A stretch of DNA of 64,000 bases from Promethearchaeia archaeon (GTDB taxonomy: Archaea; Asgardarchaeota; Lokiarchaeia; Sigyniarchaeales; SOKP01): the NCBI GenBank assembly GCA_029856155.1, contig JAHQWL010000001.1, positions 1 through 64,000 on the forward strand, written 5' to 3'. Numbering within the stretch: position 1 is the first letter of the stretch; the number at the start of each line of letters is the position of its first letter. The notes beneath the pieces were generated by a model. The model saw only the letters and a program-made list of their open reading frames with translations, had not been told where the DNA came from and did not search any database. The position numbers and the translations under genes are program-made. Of the stretch, positions 29,888 through 39,561 are shown in pieces.

Positions 29888-31132
29888 TTATCCATAATTC
29901 TTTTCCTCTTCTCGCTCTGCATCGAGTGCATCCATCTCAATATCACGACCTAGCCATTTATCACTTAAAATTTCTTTATAATATTCATGTTGGATAATTA
30001 AATTCATAATCTCTGTTGTTCCCGTCCAAATCTCACCTATTCTAGCATCTCGCAATAATCTTTCAATTGGATAGACAGTTGTATAACCAATTCCTCCTAA
30101 AATTTGCATTGAATTATTAATAACTTTCCAGCACGATTTTGTTGAAAACTTCTTTGATTCGGATACTAATCTTCTTTGAAGTGCTGGTGGTGCTCCAGCA
30201 TCAATACTTTTAGCAGTATTATAAACAATAGCTCTTACTGCGTCTAAAAGTGTGATACTATCAGCAATTAAAAAGCTAACTGCTTGAAAATTTCTAATAG
30301 GTTGTCCAAATGCTTTTCTTTTGGTACTATATTTTGTAGCAATTCTTAAACAAGCACGAGCCAAACCTATGAACCCCGATGCAGTAGTTAATCGCTCTGG
30401 AACCATCATTTGATAAAATATCTTTCCACCAGCACCCTCCTCTATAATTATATTTTCCTTTGGAACTTTAACATTATTAAATTTTATTCTACCCGCACCA
30501 CCACCTCTAGTTCCAAGTATACCATAAATATATTCAGTATTAACACCTTCAGTTCTATCCACTATGAATAAACTTAACGTTTTATGAGGATCTGCTTTTG
30601 GATCTAAATTTGTTTTCGCATAAACTAAAAAGAAATCTGCACCCTCTGCTCCGACTACAAAACGTTTTTCTCCATTTAAAACATAATAATCCCCTTCTCT
30701 AACAGCGGTAGAAGTAGCTCCGAAGAAATCTGAACCCCCTCTTGGTTCAGTTAAAGCTTCAGCCGTAAATTTTTTCCCCTCACACATAGGTTTAAGATAT
30801 TTTTGTTTTTGTTCTTCAGTGCCAAACATATTTAGTGCTTCCCCACATATACTCGGTAACGAAAATAAACACGCAAGTGAACTTCCCAATACCCCTATTT
30901 CTTCTTGAGCAATGATTTCACATTCCCAATTCAATCCCCGTCCTCCATATTCTTTTGGGAATCTTATTCCTATTAGATTTTGGTTAGCTAAAGCATTTAA
31001 CCATTCAGAGGGATATTGGATTTCATCCTTATCCATTTTTTTTAATAATGAAGGGGGAACAGCACTTTTTACGAATGTTTGAACTTCTTCTCTAAACTTT
31101 TTGTTTTCTTCAGTTAGTAAATAATTATACAT
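29888..31132 (-). CDS. acyl-CoA dehydrogenase
   Basis: [52 protein letters not shown]. Confidence 0.93.
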   Translation of the reverse strand: MYNYLLTEENKKFREEVQTFVKSAVPPSLLKKMDKDEIQYPSEWLNALANQNLIGIRFPKEYGGRGLNWECEIIAQEEIGVLGSSLACLFSLPSICGEALNMFGTEEQKQKYLKPMCEGKKFTAEALTEPRGGSDFFGATSTAVREGDYYVLNGEKRFVVGAEGADFFLVYAKTNLDPKADPHKTLSLFIVDRTEGVNTEYIYGILGTRGGGAGRIKFNNVKVPKENIIIEEGAGGKIFYQMMVPERLTTASGFIGLARACLRIATKYSTKRKAFGQPIRNFQAVSFLIADSITLLDAVRAIVYNTAKSIDAGAPPALQRRLVSESKKFSTKSCWKVINNSMQILGGIGYTTVYPIERLLRDARIGEIWTGTTEIMNLIIQHEYYKEILSDKWLGRDIEMDALDAEREEEKNYG

Positions 31133-31377
31133 TTTTAATACTCACTTATTGATACATAATGCGTTTAAATAATGATAGGTTCAATAAAAATAATGATTTA
31201 ATTCAACTCATATTGGTTTACTTTTTTAGTTTAAATTTAAAGTTCCATTGTAGTTCAACAGTTTAAACTATATATATTTTAAATTACTTATCTTATACAC
31301 TGAGTAGCAATTTTATGGTAATTTAAAAATCATAAATCTCTACCTTAATCACTTGAACTCTTAATAGATGACTTCCT

Positions 31378-32646
31378 ATGTTCACTAAAATTAAAAATAC
31401 ATATAAGGAATATCCCAAAGCATTTAAAGTGCTGACTCTCGCCACTTTTATTGACATGCTAGGAAGCTTCTTGTTATATCCTTTTTATGCACTGTATATA
31501 ACCGAACATTTTGGTGTTGGGATGGTTGAAGTAGGGTATCTATTTTCGATCTTATCGGTAGGAAATATAATTGGCGGTGTGATTGGAGGAGCCTTAGCTG
31601 ATAAATATGGCCGTCGTGCTATGGTTTTAATTGGTTTAGTTGTAAGCGGGATAGGGAGTATCTTGATGGGATTAGTTAATAATCTGAATATTTTTTATCT
31701 ACTCGCAGCATTTTTAGGTTTGATAGGAAATTTTGGAGGTCCCGCACGACAAGCAATGGTGGCGGATTTACTTCCAAAAGAGAAACAAGCAGAAGGATTT
31801 GGGATTCTACGAGTGGCATTTAATCTTTCAGCAGTGATTGGTCCTCTTCTTGGTGCACTTATAGCAACCCAATCCTATATGTTATTATTTATTTCGGATG
31901 CTGTTAGCAGCATTATTACTGCTGTTATTGTATATCTTGTCATTCCGGAGACTAAACCTCAAAAGCATGATGATAAACCAGAAGAAACAGTAATAAAAAC
32001 ACTTATAGGATACAAAGAAGTCTTAAAGGATTCGGTATATGTATTGTTTCTATCTGTGTCTGCATTAACGGTGTTAGTATATATGCAAATGAATAGTACA
32101 CTTTCAGTATTCTTACGGGATGAATATGGATTCCCCAAGCAAGCCTTTGGTTTGTTGTTAAGTATGAATGCGGCAATGGTAGTGCTCTTTCAATTATGGA
32201 TAACAAGGAAGATCTCAAAGTTTGCTCCCATGAAGGTGATGGCTTTTGGCAGTATATTTCTTATGATTGGTTTTGGGATGTATGGTTTTGTTTCTGAGTC
32301 ATACCTGTTTTTTATTGCTATGGCTATAATTACAGTGGGGGAAATGATTGTATTCCCCATTGGACAAAGTGCAGCTGCATCATTTGCTCCTGAAGATAAA
32401 CGAGGACGGTATATGGCAGTATATTCTTTTCAATGGGCGATCCCAAATCTGTTTGGGGTTTTAGTCGCGGGATTAATTATGGTTTATATTGGACCAAACT
32501 GGGTATGGTATATAGGAGGGATTCTGTCTTTGATTTCAATGATTGGATTTTGGCTACTTCATGGGGTTACGAAAGAACGTTTTTCTAAAGAGAAAAAATC
32601 TGCGAATGAAGAATTACTTGAATTTACCGTTTCTTCAATTGAATGA
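31378..32646 (+). CDS. MFS transporter (drug:H+ antiporter-like)
   Basis: GGALADKYGRR motif A; about 12 TM segments; APEDKRGRY. Confidence 0.92.
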   Translation: MFTKIKNTYKEYPKAFKVLTLATFIDMLGSFLLYPFYALYITEHFGVGMVEVGYLFSILSVGNIIGGVIGGALADKYGRRAMVLIGLVVSGIGSILMGLVNNLNIFYLLAAFLGLIGNFGGPARQAMVADLLPKEKQAEGFGILRVAFNLSAVIGPLLGALIATQSYMLLFISDAVSSIITAVIVYLVIPETKPQKHDDKPEETVIKTLIGYKEVLKDSVYVLFLSVSALTVLVYMQMNSTLSVFLRDEYGFPKQAFGLLLSMNAAMVVLFQLWITRKISKFAPMKVMAFGSIFLMIGFGMYGFVSESYLFFIAMAIITVGEMIVFPIGQSAAASFAPEDKRGRYMAVYSFQWAIPNLFGVLVAGLIMVYIGPNWVWYIGGILSLISMIGFWLLHGVTKERFSKEKKSANEELLEFTVSSIE

Positions 32647-32721
32647 GAGATTTCTATCTTCTTCTCTCAATAATAAACAAGCATTTAATATCTCGTCAAG
32701 ATCAAAAATTTAACAGTAAAG

Positions 32722-32745
32722 ATCGTGAAACGCATCTTTCACGAT
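32722..32745. terminator. 9-bp inverted repeat between convergent genes
   Basis: ATCGTGAAA-CGCATC-TTTCACGAT. Confidence 0.4.
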
Positions 32746-32794
32746 ATATTATACATTTTAATATATTACATAATAATAATAATAATAAGTGAAA

Positions 32795-33090
32795 TTAGAC
32801 TTCAAAAATTTCTTTTGCTTTCTCTTCTATTATTTTATTGGTAACTAAATTCCATATCTCTGAATAATAAAAATCTTTATCGTCTTTCACGATTAATGGT
32901 ATTCCTTCAACACACGCACTCATATCGCAATAAAGTGCATTGAAAGTCTGATTCTTCATGATTGGATCATCGAAATCTTTAGGATCTTGTAATCTAAAAT
33001 TTTAAAATCAACATCTTTACCAGCAAGCCATTCCAGAAGCTTATTACAGAAGAAGCAGTCTCGTTTAGTTATTATTTTAAATTTTGCCAT
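32795..33090 (-). pseudogene. glutaredoxin-like protein (CFFC) with 1-nt frameshift near 32989; not in ORF track
   Basis: MAKFKIITKRDCFFCNKLLEWLAGKDVDFKILDY continues in another frame as QDPKDFDDPIMKNQTFNALYCDMSACVEGIPLIVKD...EIFEV*. Confidence 0.7.
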
Positions 33091-33172
33091 AAAAAAATTT
33101 ATTTTTAGCGATTTTTAAATATTTTATCTATAAAATATATGCGATAATTAGGATTCAAATAGGATTAACTGA

Positions 33173-34324
33173 TTAAGATTCAATTTCAAATATAATTTTA
33201 AGATATTCATATTTGGAATTGAGTAATTTCAAGACCCTTTTAGCAAAATCTTTAAGATTTTTTGCATGAATCAGCTTTTCGTCTTTCTGTTCAATTAAAA
33301 ATTCATATATCATATTTCTAGTACTATCAGGACCGTTTTCCTCTAAAAATTTCATCCAATGTATTGACATCCTACATATTTTTTTTAATTTTTCGTTTGT
33401 ATACTCCTCTTTATCAAGAATTTTCTTATTATATTTAATTATAGCATTACTAACCCTCTCTAAATAATCAGCAGTACCCAATGAATATCGACATAAACTT
33501 ATAAGATTTGAAGTAATTCTAGAATTTCTTGTATTAGTCGCTGCTTCAAAAGAAATCCATTTTTCATCCCATTCCTCCTTATTTCGACCTACTAGACCAT
33601 CATTATGTAAAGCTACGTTCATTATATCACTGAGATCGACATCGTGCCCTCTTTTTAATTTTTTATTAAAAATCTCTGCAAGCTTAGTTCCTTCAAGATA
33701 ACTTCCTGCACCAAAATCAAGCAATTGATTTAAATTATTTGCAGCACAAAGTGCTTCATGTCTTATTTCACCTGTATCTGGATTAGTCCACTGAATAGTT
33801 TTTTCGAATTCTCCCGTTTCTTTATTTTTTACCCAACCCAATTCTCTTAAGACATGGTCTAATAAATGAACTTTAAACACCCAGAAATCCAAATCATCTG
33901 TGAAGCGTTTTCTCCTCCAATCTCTTGAGGTATACTTACCTAAATATAGTTTTAACGTTCCTCGAATTAAGGAAAACTTTCCCTCTTTAATAGCATCGCA
34001 AGCATCCTTAAAATATATATGCCTAGGATCTTTTGATATATCGACGATTCTATTTATGATTTCTCTTGCTTCTCCAGCAACTACATCACAGGGTATCTGT
34101 CCATCAGAAGGATATGCCCTAGATCCTCCATCTAAGAATTTTTTAAACAAATCCAATTCATCGGCAGGAATTTTATACCATGGATTATTAAACATAATCT
34201 TTGAGAATACATAATGAGTAAAACCATTTTCATCTACTGTAGTTTTTTGTATCAATGGAGAGACATCTCTTAGATTATCTCCTTTATTGACAGCATCTGC
34301 TCTTGTATCCCAAACTAAAGTCAT
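33173..34324 (-). CDS. hypothetical protein with nucleotidyltransferase (AbiEii-like) motifs
   Basis: LIRGTLKLY...RFTDDLDFWV and KLKRGHDVDLSDI resemble the GG...R.T.D.D and K...R..D..D patterns. Confidence 0.5.
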   Translation of the reverse strand: MTLVWDTRADAVNKGDNLRDVSPLIQKTTVDENGFTHYVFSKIMFNNPWYKIPADELDLFKKFLDGGSRAYPSDGQIPCDVVAGEAREIINRIVDISKDPRHIYFKDACDAIKEGKFSLIRGTLKLYLGKYTSRDWRRKRFTDDLDFWVFKVHLLDHVLRELGWVKNKETGEFEKTIQWTNPDTGEIRHEALCAANNLNQLLDFGAGSYLEGTKLAEIFNKKLKRGHDVDLSDIMNVALHNDGLVGRNKEEWDEKWISFEAATNTRNSRITSNLISLCRYSLGTADYLERVSNAIIKYNKKILDKEEYTNEKLKKICRMSIHWMKFLEENGPDSTRNMIYEFLIEQKDEKLIHAKNLKDFAKRVLKLLNSKYEYLKIIFEIES

Positions 34325-34411
34325 ACGAGATATTATATTGAATGTAATTTTTAAAAATTGCTAATTTAAAATATAAAATTAATTTTTAAACATAGACTCT
34401 ATTGATAATAT

Positions 34412-35095
34412 ATGAGTATTTTTTTTAGTATCTTCACTTTAACTCCCTGGGATTCACTTAATCTAAAGACTTTAACTGAAGTGAAATTATATTCATTGAA
34501 AAATATATTTAAGACTTTTCCCGTAATTGAACCTGAATTTTTCGATGATCTACTTTCAAATTTATATAAATTCAATCATTATTCCTTGATTGAAAGCATC
34601 AAACGGATTGTTGGTCCTAAGAATGAGGATTATGATATAAAACTATGGAATTTTGTGTGGGGAATGGATAATGAAAGAAGAATTTTTCAATTTTTATTTC
34701 AAAAAGTTACAAATGAATTAAAAGGTTCTCAAGCAACATTAGTAGCTCTAGCACCTCCAGAATTAAGTAAATTATTTAATCAATATAAAAAAGAAGCTAT
34801 ACTAAGGACTTTATCTTTACTAAATAATCCAAAAAAAATGAAATTTGTAATGGTTTTGGCACCTAAAGGAAAATCTATCATCGAAGAACAGCAGTTGCTT
34901 CAAGTAAATAAGAAAGATTTAGAAAAATTAAAATTCAAAAATATACTCAAGCAAATACCGAATATCAAAGGGCAATGGTTTATTGCTAATTCACCATGTT
35001 GTCCCAGTTGTAAAAAGGAGATTACAGAGATAAAGGGTTTGAATGTCGAGTTTCTTAAATTTAAATGTCCTTACTGTGGGTTTCAAAAAAAATAA
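34412..35095 (+). CDS. hypothetical protein with C-terminal zinc ribbon
   Basis: CPSC...CPYCG at the C-terminus. Confidence 0.7.
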   Translation: MSIFFSIFTLTPWDSLNLKTLTEVKLYSLKNIFKTFPVIEPEFFDDLLSNLYKFNHYSLIESIKRIVGPKNEDYDIKLWNFVWGMDNERRIFQFLFQKVTNELKGSQATLVALAPPELSKLFNQYKKEAILRTLSLLNNPKKMKFVMVLAPKGKSIIEEQQLLQVNKKDLEKLKFKNILKQIPNIKGQWFIANSPCCPSCKKEITEIKGLNVEFLKFKCPYCGFQKK

Positions 35096-35197
35096 GTAAA
35101 AAATACTTTTTTTATAAATCTTTGATAATGATTTTTATAAAATAATTCGATATATAACTTATATTTAAAAATAATAATAATAGGAAGAATTTCTATA

Positions 35198-36721
35198 ATG
35201 TTTGTAGCTGCTTTAGATTTAGGAACAACTGGTTGTAGAACTTTTATTTTTGATTTAGCTGGGACAATTATTGCTAGTGATTATCAAGAATGGCAGAGTT
35301 TTTATCCTTCTCCCTCATATGTTGAACAAGATGCCAATACATGGTGGAATTCAATTAAAATAACAATAGAGAAAGCAATAAAAAAAAGTGGAATTGATAA
35401 AACTGAGATTGTAAGTCTTTCAGTAACTAATCAGAGGGAAACAATTGTACCCGTAGATGTAAGTGGAAATCCACTTCATAATGCATTAGTTTGGCAGGAT
35501 AGAAGGACGATAGATCAAGTAGAGTACATTAAAACTAAAATTGGCATTGATAAAATCTATGAAACAACAGGATTAACAATTGATCCTTATTTTTCTGCGA
35601 CGAAAATTCTTTGGTTTAAAGATAACAAACCAGAGATATATCAAAAAACTCACAAATTTTTACTTGTTTCAGATTTTATTATTCATAAATTGACGGGTAG
35701 TTACTACACAGATTTTTCAAATGCTTCACGAACCATGTTATTCGATATTAATAAATTAGAATATTCAGAAGAAATTGCCTCTGAATTGGAAATTGATTTA
35801 GATAAAATGCCAGAAGCTTTAGAAAGTGGAGTTGATATAGGAGAAATTGTTACTGAGGAAACTCTATTTGATAAAAAGACATTAGTAGTAACTGGTGCTG
35901 GAGATCAGCAATCTGCAGCCCTAGGCGTAGGAGTTGTTTCTCCTGGAGAAATTAAATGCACCACGGGAACGGGAAGTTTCATTTTAGCCTTTTTATCTCA
36001 ACCTAAATTCGATCCTGAAAAAAGAGTCTTATGTAGTTGTCATGCAGTTCCCGGTGCTTGGGTCCAAGAAGCAAGTATTTTTACGACCGGAGCAGTATTA
36101 AGGTGGTTTAGAGATCAAGTAGGGTATGCAGAGTGTGCAGCGGCTCAAGAAGGTCAAGATCCTTATGATTTAATGACCGCAGAAGCAGAAAAATCACCTA
36201 TTGGAGCAAATGGAATACTTCTTATTCCCCATTTCGTAGGTTCTGGAGCACCTCATTGGAATCCGCTTGCGAAGGGGATAGTTTTTGGATTATCTTTGGG
36301 ACATGAACGCAAGGATCTTTATAGAGCGGTACTTGAGGGTGTAGCCTTCGAAATACGAAAAAATATTGAAATATTTAAACAATTGGGAATTGAGCCAAAA
36401 GAATTAATGTTGACTGGAGGAGGTTCTCGCTCTGATTTTTGGAATCAAATCTGCACTGATGTATTAGGAATCACATGTGTTAGGAATATTATTGAAGAAT
36501 CCACTTCACTAGGAGCTGCAATATTAGCCGCTTCAGGAGCAGGGATTTTTCAAGATATTTCAAAAGCAGCCGAGAATTTATGTAAAGTTGATAAAAAATG
36601 GATTCCCAATGATGAACGTCATATATTTTATGAAAAATTATATAATTTTTCATATGATCTATATAAACTTATTAACAGCAAAAATTTATATCAAAAATTC
36701 AATGATATAAATTTAAAATAA
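35198..36721 (+). CDS. FGGY family carbohydrate kinase (xylulokinase/glycerol kinase-like)
   Basis: ALDLGTTG, TNQRET, WQDRRT, GAGDQQ, GSGAPHWN, AVLEGVAF. Confidence 0.93.
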   Translation: MFVAALDLGTTGCRTFIFDLAGTIIASDYQEWQSFYPSPSYVEQDANTWWNSIKITIEKAIKKSGIDKTEIVSLSVTNQRETIVPVDVSGNPLHNALVWQDRRTIDQVEYIKTKIGIDKIYETTGLTIDPYFSATKILWFKDNKPEIYQKTHKFLLVSDFIIHKLTGSYYTDFSNASRTMLFDINKLEYSEEIASELEIDLDKMPEALESGVDIGEIVTEETLFDKKTLVVTGAGDQQSAALGVGVVSPGEIKCTTGTGSFILAFLSQPKFDPEKRVLCSCHAVPGAWVQEASIFTTGAVLRWFRDQVGYAECAAAQEGQDPYDLMTAEAEKSPIGANGILLIPHFVGSGAPHWNPLAKGIVFGLSLGHERKDLYRAVLEGVAFEIRKNIEIFKQLGIEPKELMLTGGGSRSDFWNQICTDVLGITCVRNIIEESTSLGAAILAASGAGIFQDISKAAENLCKVDKKWIPNDERHIFYEKLYNFSYDLYKLINSKNLYQKFNDINLK

Positions 36722-36871
36722 AGATTTTAAATGAGGACAAGACTTTCCTCAGAATAAACAATTTTATATATGTTAAATGTTATCTTTTAGATAATCAAAA
36801 CTTCTTGGTATTATATGGAGTAAAAGTTCTTCTATAATACTGATAGAATTAGAGAACAAAAAGCATATAGT

Positions 36872-37489
36872 GTGAAAAAAATGGAATATAATTCTTCAAG
36901 TGTAGTTAAAGAATTTACAAAGAATCAGAAAATAGTAGCTTTAATTTTTTACATCTTAATAGTTAGTGCGAGTCTAGTTACTATAGGAGGAGTAGTATGG
37001 ACATTAGCAGATATCTTCATCGGAACATCTGGTAAATGGGAGTCATTTTTAACACTTAATTTAGGATATAAAATCGCCATTATTGGAGGTCTTTTAGCAG
37101 GTTTGTTTTTCCTTTTGATTTTCTTTTTTGGGTTATTTAAGAAGACTTCAAAATCATTAATACAATTTATTTATAGAAAGAGAGAACTTGAGCAAAAGTA
37201 TAAAGATCGTATTGATGTAAAAATTGCAGCTGGTGGATTAATAATCAGTCTAATAGCTATTATTATTGGAGTTATTTTTGCAGTTATCTTAGACGTATTA
37301 AATGTTTCTTCTGAGGGATCCTCCTCACTGCTGGCATTTTTAGGAAGTACAGGACCTTGGGTTTTATTTATTGGCATTGGGCTCTTTACCATTGTCGGGG
37401 TTGCTCTCTTTATGATATATTTTTGGAAGAATGGACATTATCTTATTCTTCGCCTTATTGGTGCCATAGAAAAAGAACAGAAGCAATAA
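36872..37489 (+). CDS. hypothetical membrane protein (4 TM)
   Basis: Four hydrophobic segments arranged as two similar hairpins. Confidence 0.7.
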   Translation: MKKMEYNSSSVVKEFTKNQKIVALIFYILIVSASLVTIGGVVWTLADIFIGTSGKWESFLTLNLGYKIAIIGGLLAGLFFLLIFFFGLFKKTSKSLIQFIYRKRELEQKYKDRIDVKIAAGGLIISLIAIIIGVIFAVILDVLNVSSEGSSSLLAFLGSTGPWVLFIGIGLFTIVGVALFMIYFWKNGHYLILRLIGAIEKEQKQ

Positions 37490-37610
37490 TATCTCTTATT
37501 TTTTTGATTAAATCAGAAATTTTGTGCTCTTATATTTTTTTTATTTAATTGTATTATCTAATAATTTCAAACCATTATGTTTATCGATTTTATATAGTCT
37601 TCTTGATAAT

Positions 37611-39137
37611 ATGGCAATTAAAGTTGGAACTGTATTTAATTACTTACAACTACCCAATGTATCTAAATTCCCCTTTGTTATAAATAAAAGACAAGATGGA
37701 ATACTTATTCAAAAGGGGTTATTTGTGTATACAAAATCTAATGAGGGATTTTTAATCGGTTTAATTGAAGAAATTATCTTATTAAATGAATATTTTACTG
37801 ATGCGTTAACGATTAAAGCCTATAATAATAGTTATAATCCTAACATCATAAAAGGACTTTTTCCAAGTAAGGATTTTGAATTTGCAATAGCGATTGTAAA
37901 ATGCTTAGGTTTAATTAAGTTCAAGGATGAAAACTCTAAAGAAATCGATAGAGTTCAACGGATGACCTATCCTGCGAGTCCTGGAGATGGTGTTTTTATT
38001 GTGGAGGAAGAAATACTTTTTAAATTTCTTGGTTTTAATTCTGAATATGGTTTAGATATAGGTCACGTAAAAATTATAAATTCCAGTGCAAAAATAAGTA
38101 TGAATAGGTTGTTAAATAAGCATTTTGCTATTCTCTCAATCTCAGGTGGAGGAAAAAGTTATCTTACCTCTATTCTTATAGAAGAACTACTATCTAGAAA
38201 AGAGAACTTTGGTACGCCCGCAATAATACTTTTTGATGTTCATGGAGAATATATTTATTTAAAAGATATCCCTGAATTAAAAGATAAAATTAAAATCCAA
38301 GATATTTCATATTTTCAAATTGGAGTACCGGAATTATCAGCTTATTCCTTTAAGAAATATCAAGAACAGATTTCACATGTTCAAGTAAGAGAACTTTCAA
38401 AGTATATAAAAAAATTAAAAAGAGATAAAGACAAAAAGAATCAATATTCATTAAAGGATATAATTGAACAGATCGAAAATGAATCTGATGGAAATCGAAG
38501 TACAAAACAAGCATTATTAGGCTGGTTGTCAGAATTAGAACGATTGACTCTCTTTGGAAGCCAAGAAAATCCAATACTAGAGAAGGTTTTGAATAAACAA
38601 GAAATTACAATCTTTAACTTTCAAAAAGAAATAAGTATTAGGAAAAAGCAAATTATTGTTGATTATATTTGCAATAGGTTATTTTATCTCCGAAGAATAA
38701 ATAGAATTCCTCCTTTTCTACTAATAGTAGAAGAAGCGCATCAATTTTGTCCTGAAGCTGCCCATTCAAAAGCAATTTCAAAACCCATTATTGAGACGAT
38801 TGCTAGAGAAGGGAGAAAATTTATGGCTTGCTTATGCTTGATTAGTCAGAGACCAAAAAAATTGAGTACTACCGCTTTATCTCAATGTAATTCTAAATTA
38901 GTTTTAAGTATAAAAAATCCATATGATTTAAAACATTTAATGGACAGTTCAGAAGCAATTACAAAAGAATATGCTAGTATGATTTCTAGTTTAGGAGTAG
39001 GAGAAATGTTATTAATGGGAAATGCCGTCAATTATCCAGTATTTATCGATGTAAGGCAGAGAAAATTTAAATCAAGGAGCGAGGAGATTACTTTAGCTCA
39101 ATTTTGTTTAAACTGGCAAAAAAAAGAATTAAACTAG
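37611..39137 (+). CDS. HerA/DUF87-like ATPase
   Basis: N-terminal HAS-barrel-like region; Walker A SISGGGKS; FDVHGEY; Walker B IVEEAHQF; IAREGRKF; SQRP; start taken at MAIKVG. Confidence 0.88.
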   Translation: MAIKVGTVFNYLQLPNVSKFPFVINKRQDGILIQKGLFVYTKSNEGFLIGLIEEIILLNEYFTDALTIKAYNNSYNPNIIKGLFPSKDFEFAIAIVKCLGLIKFKDENSKEIDRVQRMTYPASPGDGVFIVEEEILFKFLGFNSEYGLDIGHVKIINSSAKISMNRLLNKHFAILSISGGGKSYLTSILIEELLSRKENFGTPAIILFDVHGEYIYLKDIPELKDKIKIQDISYFQIGVPELSAYSFKKYQEQISHVQVRELSKYIKKLKRDKDKKNQYSLKDIIEQIENESDGNRSTKQALLGWLSELERLTLFGSQENPILEKVLNKQEITIFNFQKEISIRKKQIIVDYICNRLFYLRRINRIPPFLLIVEEAHQFCPEAAHSKAISKPIIETIAREGRKFMACLCLISQRPKKLSTTALSQCNSKLVLSIKNPYDLKHLMDSSEAITKEYASMISSLGVGEMLLMGNAVNYPVFIDVRQRKFKSRSEEITLAQFCLNWQKKELN

Positions 39138-39212
39138 ACCAGAATATAATTCTTATATTAATTATAAGTTGAAATTATTAAAAATTACGTAAATATCTCG
39201 ATATTGTTCAAA

Positions 39213-39482
39213 TCATAGTTGATCAAGAATATCTTCTCTTATAGCTTTGCCTCTTTTATTTAGAACAATCATTTTCTTATTCTTGGAAACACGGAACACG
39301 TTTATTATAGCCATACTTTCCAACTTCAAAAAGATTTCTTCTAACATTAATGAATTCACAAAGGGAAATTCCTTTTTTAGAAGTTCTTCAAGTCTTTTAT
39401 CTAAAATTTCTCCCTTATTTTTAATTAATATATCAATAATAGAATTTAATATTGGTTTTTGGTTCCAACGATAAGATTCAAT
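39213..39482 (-). CDS. small winged-helix-like protein downstream of cdc48 (~89 aa), ATT start; not in ORF track
   Basis: (M)ESYRWNQKPILNSIIDILIKNKGEILDKRLEELLKKEFPFVNSLMLEEIFLKLESMAIINVFRVSKNKKMIVLN...; SD AGGTGA at 39489-39494, whose TGA is an in-frame stop bounding the ORF. Confidence 0.72.
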   Translation of the reverse strand: MESYRWNQKPILNSIIDILIKNKGEILDKRLEELLKKEFPFVNSLMLEEIFLKLESMAIINVFRVSKNKKMIVLNKRGKAIREDILDQL

Positions 39483-39561
39483 AATAATTCACCTTTATAA
39501 AAAATTAAGTAATAGAGATTTATAGTATAAAATAATTATTCTCTAATTAATTTTATTAGTC

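Noticed and set aside
32770-32788. (TAA)6 microsatellite
   Set aside because: Short low-complexity tract in an AT-rich intergenic region with no sign of function.
32960-33020. Second BHB intron explaining the glutaredoxin frameshift
   Set aside because: A weak hairpin exists but there is no 4-bp helix with two 3-nt bulges; restoring one base gives a plausible continuous protein.
39247-39474. Plus-strand 75-aa ORF from the track
   Set aside because: It is the antisense shadow of the SD-led wHTH gene on the minus strand.
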